Assembly (NCBI GenBank): GCA_964387845.1
Contig: CAYLXA010000007.1
Coordinates: forward strand, 32,001 to 96,000
DNA: 64,000 bases
Origin: an uncultured bacterium
GTDB taxonomy: Bacteria > Omnitrophota > Omnitrophia > Omnitrophales > Abzuiibacteriaceae
Reading direction: 5' to 3'
The notes under the pieces are model-generated. The model was given only the letters and a program-made list of their open reading frames with translations, was not told the DNA's origin and did no database searches. The position numbers and the translations under genes are program-made. Below are positions 1-12,375 of this stretch, in pieces. Within the stretch, counting starts at the first letter, position 1. Every line of letters begins with the position of its first letter.

Positions 1-783
1 CAAAGACACGCGAATCGGGACGCGCAAAATAAACATGCTCGAAAATACAATGCGCCATTTTATGCTTTTGATTCTTGAATGGAAAATGGCTTCGTAAGCC
101 CTTCTGATCAATAAACAAAACCTCGCCCGGTTCAATTTCGCGGACGAGCTCTGCTTGAATCAAGTCAAGCGCACAAGTCTCAGATGCTACCACATACGAA
201 CCGTTTACTTTTCCCAAACAGAGCGGCCTGAATCCGTGCGGATCCCGGAACGCTACCAGCATGTCATCAAACAACATCGTGCAGGAATAAGCACCTTCGA
301 CGCGCGAAATGGCGCCCAGCACACATTCTTCTTTCGTTTGGTATTCAGGCTTCGCCATCAGGTGAATAAAAATTTCGGAATCCATCGTGCTGCCGAAAAT
401 CGCACCATACGCTTCCAGCTCATCGCGCAAAATCTGCGCGTTCACCAAATTACCGTTGTGCGCAATCGCCACTTGGCCGCGCGAAAAATCGACCATATAA
501 GGTTGCGCATTCTGAACATTATTGGAACCGGTGGTCGAATACCGCACATGGCCGATGGCGATATTGCCCGGCAATGAATTCAGGGTCGATCGGTTGAACA
601 CTTCGCCGACAAGGCCCAGGTTTTTATAGAGGTTGATTTGCTTGCCATCATGAACTGCAATGCCGGCACTTTCCTCGCCCCGGTGCTGAAGCGCAAAAAG
701 CCCCAGATAGGCCAGCTCGGATGCCTGTTCGTGACCGTAAATTCCGACTATCCCGCAATACTCCTTAACGCCCTCGTCGCCCA
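1..783 (-). CDS. purF: amidophosphoribosyltransferase, partial (N-terminal ~261 aa; runs off window start)
   Basis: Translated the reverse complement by hand: MGDEGVKEYCGIVGIYGHEQASELAYLGLFALQHRGEESAGIA... This is the class-II glutamine amidotransferase N-terminus with catalytic Cys at CGIVGI. It is not in the ORF track because it is truncated by the window edge. It is last in the pur operon order. Confidence 0.85.
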
Positions 784-3018
784 TTAGTTTTTCATTCTCC
801 TTGGAATTGCGTTTCGATAAGTCTTTTCAATTTCTTCGGATGACAATTTTAACCGCTTCCCTACAACCAGATCTTTTTTCGTCACACTGCCGATTTTTTG
901 GCACGGCACACCGGCTTTTTTGGCGGCCGCTTCGAGTTTTTTCTCATTTTTTGGGTTGAGACTCACAATGGCGCGCGTCTGTGTTTCACCGAAAAACGCG
1001 GCATCTTCACGAATTCCTTGGGCCCAATCCAAATTCGTAATTTTTGCACCGAGCGGATGATTGATTGTTCCGAGCAAACATTCGGCGATTGCAACGGCAA
1101 AACCGCCGTCAGACAAATCGTGCGCCGAGCTCAAAATTTTCTTTGCGCTTAGATCGAGCATCAGTGCGCAAAGCGCTTTCTCTTTCTCGAATGAAATCTC
1201 AGGCGGCGTTCCTTTCCGTAAACCATGAACCGTCAGCAGATATTGCGATCCGCCCAGCTCTTCTTTGGTTTCGCCCAAAAGGTAAATGCTGTCGCCGGGA
1301 TTTTGAAAGAACGACGGGATCCGGCATTCAATGTCATCCAAGAGCCCAACCATGCTCACGGTCGGCGTCGGATAAATGGCACCCTTCGGGCTTTCATTAT
1401 AGAAGCTCACATTGCCGCCCGTGACCGGCGTCTCGAGCGCGCGGCACGCGGCAGACATCCCTTCGACGGCTTTTCTGAATTGCCAGAAAATCTCGGGCTT
1501 CATCGGATTGCCAAAATTGAGGCAGTTGGAAATCGCAAGCGGCCGGGCGCCTGAACAATAAACATTACGCGCAGATTCGCATACTGCGATTTTGCCGCCT
1601 TCAAAAGGATCCAGATACACATAAAGCCCGTTGCAATCCGTCGAAACGGCAATGGCTTTGTCCGTTCCCTTCACGCGCACGAGCGCCGCATCGTGGCCCG
1701 GCAGAAAAACCGTGTTGGTCTGAACCATGTGGTCATATTGCTGGAAAATCCATTTTTTAGACGCAATCGTCGGCGAATCGAGCAATCTCAGAAGCGTTTC
1801 GTTAAAATTCTTCGGAATTTTGATTTCGCCCAGATCCAGCCGCTGGGCCTCATCTAAATATTTCGGACGCGACATTTCGCGTTGGTAAAGCGGCGCATCA
1901 TCCGTGAGAGATTTCACCGGAATTTCAGCGGCAAGTTCCCCGTTGTCATAAATTTTCATCATCGAGCCGGTCGCCACTTCGCCGATTTTCTCGGCGTGCA
2001 GGTCCCACTTCTCAAGAATATCTTGAACGACTTTTTCTTTTCCTTTTTTCGCAATCACAAGCATGCGTTCCTGGGATTCCGAAATCATAAGCTCATAAGG
2101 AACCATACCCTCTTCGCGGCGCGGCACTTTTGCAAGATCCACCGCGATACCGGCATTGCCGCGTGAAGCGGTTTCGCAAACCGAACACGTGAGCCCTGCT
2201 GCGCCCATATCCTGCATCCCTACAAGCGCGCCGGATTTAACAAGCTCGAGGCATGCTTCGAGCAAAAGTTTTTCCATAAAGGGGTCGCCCACTTGAACGG
2301 CCGGCCGGTCTTCCATCGATTCATCCGTGAGTTCACGGGATGCGAAAGATGCGCCTCCGAGCCCATCGCGGCCGGTTGCGGCTCCGACGTAAAACACAGA
2401 ATTGCCGACGCCCGAAGCGGCGCCTTTCGTCAGTGCTGATTTTTCAATCACGCCGAGACAAAAAACATTCACGAGAGGGTTGCCTTCATAGAAATCATCA
2501 AAGTAAATCTCGCCGCCCACCGTCGGAATGCCGATGCAATTTCCGTAATGTGCGACACCGGCCACAACGCCTCGCAGGAGCCGCTTGTTACGTTCTTCAT
2601 CGAGACTGCCAAAGCGAAGTGAATTCATCAGCATGATGGGATAAGCGCCCATTGTAAAAATATCTCTGATGATGCCGCCAACGCCTGTCGCGGCCCCCTG
2701 GAAGGGTTCTACGGCTGAGGGATGATTGTGGCTTTCGATTTTAAAGACAATCGCCAGGCCGTTTCCGATATCCACACAGCCCGCGTTTTCTTCGCCGGCT
2801 TTGACGAGTAAATTCTTACCTTCCGTTGGAAACAACTTCAAAACGGGACGTGAATTTTTATAGGAGCAGTGCTCGCTCCACATCGCCGAGAAAATCCCGA
2901 GTTCTGTGATGTTCGGTCGGCGGCCCAAAATGTCGCAAATACGCGCGTACTCGCCCTGCGTCAGGCCGTGCGCCTTGATCACATTCTCTGTAATTTCAGA
3001 AGCGTCGAGTACTTTCAT
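784..3018 (-). CDS. purL: phosphoribosylformylglycinamidine synthase subunit II (PurL)
   Basis: 744 aa. N-terminus GIFSAMWSEHCSYKNS and AIR-synthase-related domains. Adjacent to purQ/purS. Confidence 0.92.
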   Translation of the reverse strand: MKVLDASEITENVIKAHGLTQGEYARICDILGRRPNITELGIFSAMWSEHCSYKNSRPVLKLFPTEGKNLLVKAGEENAGCVDIGNGLAIVFKIESHNHPSAVEPFQGAATGVGGIIRDIFTMGAYPIMLMNSLRFGSLDEERNKRLLRGVVAGVAHYGNCIGIPTVGGEIYFDDFYEGNPLVNVFCLGVIEKSALTKGAASGVGNSVFYVGAATGRDGLGGASFASRELTDESMEDRPAVQVGDPFMEKLLLEACLELVKSGALVGMQDMGAAGLTCSVCETASRGNAGIAVDLAKVPRREEGMVPYELMISESQERMLVIAKKGKEKVVQDILEKWDLHAEKIGEVATGSMMKIYDNGELAAEIPVKSLTDDAPLYQREMSRPKYLDEAQRLDLGEIKIPKNFNETLLRLLDSPTIASKKWIFQQYDHMVQTNTVFLPGHDAALVRVKGTDKAIAVSTDCNGLYVYLDPFEGGKIAVCESARNVYCSGARPLAISNCLNFGNPMKPEIFWQFRKAVEGMSAACRALETPVTGGNVSFYNESPKGAIYPTPTVSMVGLLDDIECRIPSFFQNPGDSIYLLGETKEELGGSQYLLTVHGLRKGTPPEISFEKEKALCALMLDLSAKKILSSAHDLSDGGFAVAIAECLLGTINHPLGAKITNLDWAQGIREDAAFFGETQTRAIVSLNPKNEKKLEAAAKKAGVPCQKIGSVTKKDLVVGKRLKLSSEEIEKTYRNAIPRRMKN

Positions 3019-3019
3019 C

Positions 3020-3712
3020 TTAATTGAGTGAGGTTAAAAGACTTTTCCAAATTCCGTATCCGTCATGCGAACCCAAAAGATTTTCGCTTGCACGCTCCGG
3101 ATGCGGCATCATGCCCATCACATTGCCGGTTTCATTCATAATCCCGGCGATTGAATCCACCGAGCCGTTCGGATTCGATGTGTCATTCACCTGGCCGGAT
3201 TCGGACGCATAACGAAACACAATACGTCCGTTATCCTGAAGCTCTTTGAGCGTATCGGTATCGCAATAGTAATTGCCTTCGCCGTGCGCAATCGGAATAT
3301 CGAGAAGCTGACTTTTTTTGAGCTGGTTCGTGAAAATGGTTTTCGGATTTTCGGTCCGGATAAAGACATTCTTGCAAATAAATTGAAGCGAACGATTGCG
3401 GAGCATCGCGCCCGGCAGCAGGCCGGATTCCAGGAGCATTTGAAAACCGTTGCAGATTCCGATCACGCTGCGCTTTTCAGCTGCGTGCTTCTTGATAGCG
3501 GTAAAAATCGGCGAAAAGCGTGCGATGGCGCCGGTTCGCAAATAATCGCCGTAGCTGAATCCGCCGGGCAAAACGACCAAATCCAATTTGGGGAGTGCGG
3601 TTTCTTTATGCCAAACAAACCGGACTTGCGCGCCGGCAATTTCCTTTAAAGCGTAGGCACAGTCCTTGTCGCAATTGGAACCCGGAAATACGACAACCGC
3701 CGCCTTGATCAC
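3020..3712 (-). CDS. purQ: phosphoribosylformylglycinamidine synthase glutamine amidotransferase subunit (PurQ)
   Basis: 230 aa. MIKAAVVVFPGSNCD..., class I GATase with Cys (ICNGFQ) and His/Glu triad. 1-nt spacing to purL. Confidence 0.9.
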   Translation of the reverse strand: MIKAAVVVFPGSNCDKDCAYALKEIAGAQVRFVWHKETALPKLDLVVLPGGFSYGDYLRTGAIARFSPIFTAIKKHAAEKRSVIGICNGFQMLLESGLLPGAMLRNRSLQFICKNVFIRTENPKTIFTNQLKKSQLLDIPIAHGEGNYYCDTDTLKELQDNGRIVFRYASESGQVNDTSNPNGSVDSIAGIMNETGNVMGMMPHPERASENLLGSHDGYGIWKSLLTSLN

Positions 3713-4017
3713 TTTTTGGATTCTCCCACATCAAACCTGTATTGTTCAATCACGGTATTGGCCAAAAGCTCATCGCACATTTTGGCGACTTGCGCTTTCG
3801 CATCAGCAAGATCTTTGGCCTTGATTTGGACTTCAAAATATTTTCCGACCCTCACCGCGCCCACCTGCTTGAAATTGAGCGAGTGCAAGGAATGTAAAAT
3901 CACTTTTCCCTGCGGATCAAGCACGGATTTTTTCAAAGTCACATAAACTTTTGCTTCAAATGCTTTTCCGGAACTTGCTTTCACCGTTTTTTTGCTTTTC
4001 ATCGTCATAGTTGCCAT
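3709..4017 (-). CDS. purS: phosphoribosylformylglycinamidine synthase subunit PurS (true start may be a few codons downstream)
   Basis: 102 aa. Core KVYVTLKKSVLDPQGK...GKYFEVQI matches PurS. 4-nt overlap with purQ. Confidence 0.75.
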   Translation of the reverse strand: MATMTMKSKKTVKASSGKAFEAKVYVTLKKSVLDPQGKVILHSLHSLNFKQVGAVRVGKYFEVQIKAKDLADAKAQVAKMCDELLANTVIEQYRFDVGESKK

Positions 4018-4028
4018 GTTCGTCCCGA

Positions 4029-4934
4029 TTAACTCAATGACTTGCCCGTTAAACGCTTGTACACGTCGCGATACGCTTCGCTTGTCTTTTCAACGATATC
4101 ATCCGGCAATGTGGGGGCCGGCGGTTTTTGATTCCATTTAATATCGAGAAGATAATTGCGGACAATTTGCTTGTCGTAGCTTGGCTGATCGTGTCCTTCC
4201 TGATAGGTATCTTTCGGCCAAAAGCGCGAGCTGTCGGGCGTCAGGACCTCGTCGATCAAAATGAGTTTGCCGTCTAGAATTCCAAATTCGAATTTCGTAT
4301 CGGCAATCAAAATTCCTTTTGTCGCGGCAAATTCGCGCCCTTTTAAATAAATTTGAATCGACAGATCGCGTGCTTTCTCGGCAATTTCTTTTCCGACAAT
4401 ATCCACGGCGCGTTTGAAATCGATATTTTCATCATGGCCCACCGTTGCTTTCGTGGCCGGCGTGAAAATAGGCTCTTCTAACTTCGCGCATTGCTTGAGA
4501 TTTTTGGGAAGCGTGTGGCCGCAGACTTGCCCTGTCTTTTGATAATCCTTCCAGCCGGATCCGGTCACATAGCCGCGCACTACACATTCAATCGCAAGCG
4601 GCTTGGCGCGCTTAACAAGCATCGTGCGCCCCTTAAGTTCCGGGCCGTGTTTTTCAATGATCTCTTTCGGAAGTACTTCTTTGTAGCAAGGGCCCAAGTG
4701 ATTAGGTACGAGATCTTTAAAATAATCGAACCAAAAACGGGAAATTTGGTTAAGAACCTGCCCTTTAAACGGAATCGGGTTCGGGAGCACAACATCGAAC
4801 GCGCTCAAGCGATCCGTCGTAATCAATAGAAGTTGATCGTCGCCCACCGCGTAAATGTCGCGCACTTTGCCGCGCGCGACCAACGGAAGCGGAAGTTTGG
4901 TTTCTTTTACCGGAACTGATTTATCGGTCATCAT
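4029..4934 (-). CDS. purC: phosphoribosylaminoimidazole-succinocarboxamide synthase (SAICAR synthetase)
   Basis: 301 aa. RGKVRDIY motif, long-form PurC. Confidence 0.9.
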   Translation of the reverse strand: MMTDKSVPVKETKLPLPLVARGKVRDIYAVGDDQLLLITTDRLSAFDVVLPNPIPFKGQVLNQISRFWFDYFKDLVPNHLGPCYKEVLPKEIIEKHGPELKGRTMLVKRAKPLAIECVVRGYVTGSGWKDYQKTGQVCGHTLPKNLKQCAKLEEPIFTPATKATVGHDENIDFKRAVDIVGKEIAEKARDLSIQIYLKGREFAATKGILIADTKFEFGILDGKLILIDEVLTPDSSRFWPKDTYQEGHDQPSYDKQIVRNYLLDIKWNQKPPAPTLPDDIVEKTSEAYRDVYKRLTGKSLS

Positions 4935-4947
4935 GGCTTTCTCCCCT

Positions 4948-6258
4948 TTAAATGCCTACCCGTTTAAAAATATCGTTTACATGTTTGGTATGGTAATTGT
5001 AATTAAATACCGCATCAATTTCTTTGTCGTTTAAGAATTTTCGGACACGGCTGTCGCGCTTGGCAACTTCTTTCATTTGCGCGCGCTTGTTTTCCCAAAC
5101 TTCTTTGGCACAATCCTGGATAATTTTATAAGCCACTTCACGCGTCGAGCCTTTCTCGATCAGGCGAAGCAAGAGGCCTTGCGAAAACACCATGCCGCGG
5201 CTGTGCTCCAAAGTTGCGGCCATGTTCTCCGGATAAACCGCAAGCCCGTCCACCACACGAATCGCAAGATTGAGCATATAGTCCAACAGGATCGTGCTGT
5301 CAGGGAAAATCACGCGCTCGACGGATGAATGCGTAATATCCCGCTCATGCCACAATGCAATATTTTCAACTGCTGCATGCGCATTGCCGCGCAAAATCCG
5401 CGCCAAACCGGCGATCCGTTCGCACGTGATGGGATTCCGTTTGTGCGGCATTGCGGACGACCCTTTTTGCCCCTTTGCAAATGCTTCTTCAACTTCCCTA
5501 ACTTCGGTTTTCTGCAGATGCCTGACTTCCGTCGCGAGTTTCTCGAGCGATGCACCGATAATCGAAATCGTGGTCAAATATTCCGCGTGGCGGTCGCGCT
5601 GAACAACTTGTGTTGAGATGGGATCCGGTTTTAGGCCCAATGCTTTACAAACAAACACTTCCACTTTCGGCGGAACGTTGGCAAAGGTGCCCACCGCACC
5701 TGAAATTTTGCCGTACTCGACATTTTCCATCGCGCGCTCAAAACGTTCGAGATTGCGGCTGAATTCCGCATAAAAAAGCGCCATCTTGAGGCCGAAAGTA
5801 ACCGGCTCGGCATGAATTCCGTGGCTCCTGCCGACCATAACGGTGAATTTATGTTCGCGCGCCCTCTTCTTCAGTGAAACCAAAAGGCGTTTCAAATCTT
5901 CGAGTAAGATCTTGGACGCGTCTTTGATTTGAAGCGCAAGCGCTGTGTCGAGAATGTCTGATGAGGTCAATCCGAAATGAACATAGCGGCCTGCCGGGCC
6001 AACGTTTTCCGCAAGATTCGTTAGAAATGCAATGACATCATGCTGGACGACCGCTTCGATTTCGTGGATTCGTTTTACGTTGAATTTTGCACGCTTTTTA
6101 ACCTGCGGCGGAATATTTTTCGGGATATAACCGTACTTCGCCAGCGCGTCTAACGCGGCCAACTCAACTTCCAACCATTTTTGAAGCTTATTTTCCTCGC
6201 TCCAAATTTGTCCCATTGCGGGACGTGTGTAGCGCTCAATCATGTGTTTGTCTGTCAT
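4948..6258 (-). CDS. purB: adenylosuccinate lyase
   Basis: 436 aa. MIERYTRPAMGQIWSEENK..., fumarate lyase signature GSSAMPHKRNP. Confidence 0.92.
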   Translation of the reverse strand: MTDKHMIERYTRPAMGQIWSEENKLQKWLEVELAALDALAKYGYIPKNIPPQVKKRAKFNVKRIHEIEAVVQHDVIAFLTNLAENVGPAGRYVHFGLTSSDILDTALALQIKDASKILLEDLKRLLVSLKKRAREHKFTVMVGRSHGIHAEPVTFGLKMALFYAEFSRNLERFERAMENVEYGKISGAVGTFANVPPKVEVFVCKALGLKPDPISTQVVQRDRHAEYLTTISIIGASLEKLATEVRHLQKTEVREVEEAFAKGQKGSSAMPHKRNPITCERIAGLARILRGNAHAAVENIALWHERDITHSSVERVIFPDSTILLDYMLNLAIRVVDGLAVYPENMAATLEHSRGMVFSQGLLLRLIEKGSTREVAYKIIQDCAKEVWENKRAQMKEVAKRDSRVRKFLNDKEIDAVFNYNYHTKHVNDIFKRVGI

Positions 6259-6340
6259 CCTGAGGCAAAGCCGAAGGATCTAAATCTTAGATTCTTCGCT
6301 GCGCTCAGAGTGACGGTAAAAATACAATTATAAAATCAGA

Positions 6341-6907
6341 TTAATCTTTTTCAATCACTGCGCAAGCAATCCGCGCACCCGCATTTCCGACGGGATCCGT
6401 TACGTGGTCGTCCGCATTTTCATGAATAATAAATGCGGTGCCCGCTTCGCCAAATAGAGAATTGTCACCTTCGGTAAGGGTCACACCCGAAACCACGATT
6501 TCCGAATCAACGGTACCGTCCGCTTCAACCGTCAAATTTTGCATGTCGCCCGCGTGATGCCCTTCGGGATTTTCAAGGCCATGCTGCTTGCCTGCCGGAT
6601 TGAAGTGAGAACCTGCTGAAGTAAAATCCGGCCCTTCGCACTTGCCGGCTTCATGAATATGAAAGCCATGAAGCCCGGGCGGTAAATTAGAAGCTTCGAT
6701 TGAAACAATGACGCCGTCCGCATCTTCGCTCAAAAGGGCTCTGCCGATTTTTTCACCGGCAGCGTTGACAAAATCAGCATGAGCAGAAAGAGCTTTCTCC
6801 TCTTCCATTTTTAATTCGTCGGCAAATAAATTTTGTGCGGAAAATACGACAACAGAAAAGCTGAACATGAGGACTGTTAGAAATTTCACGATTTTCTCCC
6901 TTTTCAT
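6341..6907 (-). CDS. sodC: periplasmic Cu/Zn superoxide dismutase
   Basis: 188 aa with signal peptide. [21 protein letters not shown] and [12 protein letters not shown] Cu/Zn-SOD motifs. Confidence 0.85.
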   Translation of the reverse strand: MKREKIVKFLTVLMFSFSVVVFSAQNLFADELKMEEEKALSAHADFVNAAGEKIGRALLSEDADGVIVSIEASNLPPGLHGFHIHEAGKCEGPDFTSAGSHFNPAGKQHGLENPEGHHAGDMQNLTVEADGTVDSEIVVSGVTLTEGDNSLFGEAGTAFIIHENADDHVTDPVGNAGARIACAVIEKD

Positions 6908-6913
6908 TAAAAG

Positions 6914-6988
6914 TAGCGCTAACGAGATTTGAACTCGTGTCTTCAGAATGAGAATCTGACGTCCTAGGCCGGCCTAGACGATAGCGCC
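6914..6988 (-). tRNA. tRNA-Glu (anticodon CUC), CCA not encoded
   Basis: Cloverleaf folded by hand from the reverse complement: GGCGCUA UC GUC UAGGCCGGCCUAGGAC G UCAGA UUCUCAU UCUGA AGAC ACGAG UUCAAAU CUCGU UAGCGCU A. The 3-bp D-stem and GUCUAG...AGGAC D-arm resemble bacterial tRNA-Glu. The anticodon loop is UU-CUC-AU. Confidence 0.65.
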
Positions 6989-6999
6989 GTGCGACGCCT

Positions 7000-7030
7000 T
7001 TTATATTAAAAAACAGCTAAAAACAATCAA
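7000..7030 (-). promoter_or_regulatory. candidate sigma70-like promoter for tRNA-Glu/sodC (TTGATT - ~18 nt - TATAAA)
   Basis: On the minus strand: TTGATTgtttttagctgttttttaaTATAAAaggcgtcgcac then the tRNA 5' end. AT-rich spacer. The spacing to +1 is somewhat long. Confidence 0.25.
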
Positions 7031-7192
7031 AGAAAAAGAAAATTCCCTCTATGGTCATAACCTATTGCACTGCAATATGTTTTGGATAGAGATTTTGAGA
7101 AGTGAAACAGGCGTAATATACAAGATATAGTGGTTATCGTCAATCTAAATCGAGTTGCTTGTGGTTTTAGAAGAAAAATAAGGAGAACAAGC

Positions 7193-7429
7193 TTAGCGGA
7201 TTTTCAGGTCTTTCACATCCCTATCAATCCGGTTCAATTTATCATCCAGCCGATCCAGCCGGCGATTCAAAATTTGCAAATCCCGCTGAATTTCGTAAAG
7301 TGCGCGTTTCATATCAGATGTTTCTTGCGCAATTAAGGTTTCTTTCGAATCCGGGCCCATTTCTGCTGATACAAAATGCGGGCTCACAAAAACTGCCAGT
7401 AACACGGCTGCCAGAATTATTTTTTTCAT
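7193..7429 (-). CDS. small secreted coiled-coil protein (hypothetical)
   Basis: 78 aa. Signal peptide MKKIILAAVLLAVFVSPHFVSA followed by a charged heptad-like region. No recognisable family. Confidence 0.4.
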   Translation of the reverse strand: MKKIILAAVLLAVFVSPHFVSAEMGPDSKETLIAQETSDMKRALYEIQRDLQILNRRLDRLDDKLNRIDRDVKDLKIR

Positions 7430-7442
7430 ATCTCTTCTCCTT

Positions 7443-8329
7443 TCACGCTCTCGGATGAAACTGATGATGAACCGATTTTAACCGATCCTTCGAGACGTGT
7501 GTATAAATTTGTGTAGTAGAAATATCCGCATGGCCCAACAGCTCCTGCACAACCCGCAAATCCGCACCGCCTTCCAATAAATGTGTCGCAAAAGAATGGC
7601 GAAACGTGTGCGGCGTAATTTTCTTGGAAATACGCGCAAGCTTTGCGTATTTTTTTACAATTGCCCAAATCGCTTGCCGAGTCATCTTCGCTTTCTGGCC
7701 CTTTCCGAGAAATAACGGTTCTCCGCCGGTGGATTTTTTATCCTCCAGGACTTTGAGATAAAATTGAATGGCTTCTTTCGCTTTGCTCCCGAGCGGCACA
7801 ATGCGCTCCTTGCCGCCTTTGCCGAAACATTTCAGAAATCCGGATTCTAAATTGACATCCTGCCGCTTCAGATTTGAAAGTTCGGAAACGCGCACACCCG
7901 AACTGTACAAAAACTCCAAAATCGCTTGGTCGCGCTTGCCTTCCTCCGTCCGGAGATTGGGTGCCTTTAAAATCGAATCCACTTCTTTTTGCGTAAGATA
8001 AGTCGGAAGCCGCTTCCAAAGACGCGGAAGCGTCAAAACATCCGTCACATCGGTTTTGATTCGTTTCTCGCGAGCTAAAAACCGGTGCAGCACTTTGATA
8101 GAAACTAAAAAACGCGCAATCGAAGATGCCTGGATTCCGGCGCCTTTCTCAGAAAATAAAAATTTGGTGATATGGTCGCGCGTGACTTGATTAAAATTGG
8201 AGATTTTTTGCTTCTTGAGAAACGCGGCGTACTTTTTGAGGTCGCGCGAATACGCGAGAATGCTATTTTCCGCGAGGCCGCGCTCTACGGAAAGATACTC
8301 TACGAATAACTGGATTTCGTCTTCGAGCA

Positions 8330-8330
<1 letters not shown>
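7443..8330 (-). CDS. tyrosine site-specific recombinase, XerC/XerD family
   Basis: 295 aa. N-terminal SAM-like domain (LAENSILAYSRDL). C-terminal catalytic HTFRHSFATHLLEGGADLRVVQELLGHADISTTQIYTHV with the R-H-R-Y residues. Confidence 0.85.
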
Positions 8331-10345
<2,015 letters not shown>

Positions 10346-10403
10346 TTATCTTATCGCTTCAGAAGCAAATAAACAACCGGGACTTCGAAGTGTGCGGAAG
10401 GCG

Positions 10404-11777
10404 TCAGTCGAATTTGTTAATGCCGATCGTGCGGTGAAAGAGAGAGCCGAGGTAGGAGTTACCATTTAGATTCATATCCGTGACAACCACTTGATTGATG
10501 CGGCGCTTTTCGTCTTTGATCGGGTCGGAGCCAATGCGCTCGGCCCAAGTAGAATGGATGATGTAAATTTGCCCGTTTTCCTCGCCCAAGTAGAGCATCA
10601 TGTGTTTCGGCATCTTAAAAAGTGTGATGGCCGGCACGGCACGCTCGCGGACTCTTGCGGCCTTAACTTCCAGTTTTTCGAAGGGTTCAAAATGGCCTAG
10701 CTGCGTTCCAACTCGTACCTGCTGATGGGAGTCTCTCGGAAGCGCCATACCCATACTGCGAAATACGTCAAACGTAAATCCTGAACAGTCGCGCCCGTTG
10801 TACTGCCCGCCCCATCCGTAACGCTCGCCCAACAACTTAAATGCTTGATTGAGAATGTTGCGCTGGGTAAACGGCGGAAAACCAACGCTCACATCGGCGC
10901 CACGTTTTACATAGTGCTTTTTGAGCAATACTTTGCCGCCTTCTCCGCGGTAAGGCATCCAGATAACAAAAGCAGTGTCGGTTCTACTAATTAAAGGGAG
11001 TATAGTGCCCATTGTAACTTTCTGGGCGCGTGATTGAAACTCCGGATCGTTGTAAATCCAAATGCTTTCACCGGTCACGGAAAGAAACGATTTGGATTTC
11101 ACTTTCTCCCGCAATGCTTCGCGGCTTTCAAAAAGCGCAATATTTTTGGACTCGACCCAGCCGCGCACATAATCGGTTTGCATGTAATACCATTTACCGT
11201 CCGAAGTCGTATGCAGAATCGCAACCGGTGTCCAGAGCTTGATCAAAGTAAATTGCAGCATGTCAAACTCCACATCACCCTTCTCTTCCAGCATCTTCAC
11301 CATCGTCGGAAGCGCCCGGACTGACGTTGCCCGTGTGGCAACACCCCATTTCAAACTGATTTTATCCGGCACTTGGTCAAATTGAATGTTCGGCTTTATG
11401 TTTTCATCAAAGTAACTTTTCTTAATGTATTTGTCATCAACACCAAAAAGTTTCCGGTTGGAAACCGTTTCATATTCCGTCTCTAATAGCTTCCGGATTT
11501 GCGAACCGCGCGGCGCTGTCCATTTGAGCGTATCAACCTGATCCGGAATCATCAACCGGATTTCATCGTTAAATTTTTCAAGCTGCTCGGGTGTTTTGAG
11601 AACTTTGTCAGGGTTCGGCAACTTCCGGATCCAATAATCGGCCGACTGCATAGCGGGCGTAGCACTGGTTAAAAGCATCGGCCCTTTCGGAAGCGGCGGC
11701 AGGGTTTCGTCCTGGGCAAACGCAACTGAGGCGGCTAGTAAAATAAAGATGGGGCTCAATAAGAATTTATTTTTCAT
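10404..11777 (-). CDS. secreted NlpC/P60 (C40) family peptidoglycan hydrolase with SH3-like domain
   Basis: 457 aa. Signal peptide. C-terminal NGRDCSGFTFDVF...H...H catalytic Cys/His arrangement typical of NlpC/P60. Confidence 0.6.
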   Translation of the reverse strand: MKNKFLLSPIFILLAASVAFAQDETLPPLPKGPMLLTSATPAMQSADYWIRKLPNPDKVLKTPEQLEKFNDEIRLMIPDQVDTLKWTAPRGSQIRKLLETEYETVSNRKLFGVDDKYIKKSYFDENIKPNIQFDQVPDKISLKWGVATRATSVRALPTMVKMLEEKGDVEFDMLQFTLIKLWTPVAILHTTSDGKWYYMQTDYVRGWVESKNIALFESREALREKVKSKSFLSVTGESIWIYNDPEFQSRAQKVTMGTILPLISRTDTAFVIWMPYRGEGGKVLLKKHYVKRGADVSVGFPPFTQRNILNQAFKLLGERYGWGGQYNGRDCSGFTFDVFRSMGMALPRDSHQQVRVGTQLGHFEPFEKLEVKAARVRERAVPAITLFKMPKHMMLYLGEENGQIYIIHSTWAERIGSDPIKDEKRRINQVVVTDMNLNGNSYLGSLFHRTIGINKFD

Positions 11778-11833
11778 GATGTCAAAAGCGTCCCTTATAT
11801 GTCGGCCAAACTGCGGGTTTGCTTAACAAAATC

Positions 11834-12343
11834 TCATGCTTTTCCGAGCTTGATGAGCTGTTTCGGCGTCATGAGCCATTCCAGCGCTGCGCAGCTGTCA
11901 TCCATCAGCATTTCAGTATGCAATTTGGCGAGACTCCCCTTTTTGAATTCAACCGAAACAAACTCTTTGCCGGATATCAGCTTTGCAGTCAAGCGGCTCA
12001 TGAACGGCTCGTGGCCGACCAGCAAAATATCTTCCAAATCGGAATGATAATTTTCAAGTTCGCGGATCAATTTGCTTGGTTCGGCCTCCACTTTTAAAAA
12101 ATTGGAAAGCTGAAGCTTCTTTTTGAGATTCAAAATGTCGGCCACGATTTCGGCTGTCTCGCGGGCGCGGACGTACGGGCTTGATAAAATGAGGTCGAAG
12201 GATAATTTGAGCGCTTTCATGCCTTTGGCGGCTTTCTTCATATCCTGAACGCCATCCTCCGTCAAAGGCCTTTCATCATCGCTGGCGTAGCGGTGGAGGT
12301 TTTTATCTTCCGCTTTTCCGTGCCTCAATAAGTAGAGATTCAT
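11834..12343 (-). CDS. histidine phosphatase family protein (SixA-like phosphohistidine phosphatase)
   Basis: The start is probably MNLYLLRHGKAED (RHG catalytic motif). Also SSPYVRARETAEI...LVGHEP. The track ORF 11834..12382 adds a 13-aa upstream extension. Confidence 0.6.
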   Translation of the reverse strand: MNLYLLRHGKAEDKNLHRYASDDERPLTEDGVQDMKKAAKGMKALKLSFDLILSSPYVRARETAEIVADILNLKKKLQLSNFLKVEAEPSKLIRELENYHSDLEDILLVGHEPFMSRLTAKLISGKEFVSVEFKKGSLAKLHTEMLMDDSCAALEWLMTPKQLIKLGKA

Positions 12344-12375
12344 GATAAACTGCATTATACAAAAAGAGGGCCGGA

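Noticed and set aside
155-577. Plus-strand 140-aa ORF
   Set aside because: It lies entirely inside the minus-strand purF coding region, whose translation is an unmistakable amidophosphoribosyltransferase. It is an antisense frame artefact. The same applies to essentially all the other short plus-strand ORFs listed inside minus-strand genes, such as 898..1152, 1882..2166 and 8403..8918.
6259-6340. Imperfect stem-loop (CTGAGCGCAGCGAAG...CTTCGGCTTTGCCTCAG) between sodC and purB as a terminator
   Set aside because: The pairing is interrupted by several mismatches and there is no U-tract. It could equally be coincidental.
7426-7668. 80-aa ORF overlapping the 3' end of the recombinase gene
   Set aside because: It is an alternative frame of the XerC/D-like CDS with Cys/Gly-rich low-complexity translation. 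The recombinase frame carries the conserved catalytic motifs.
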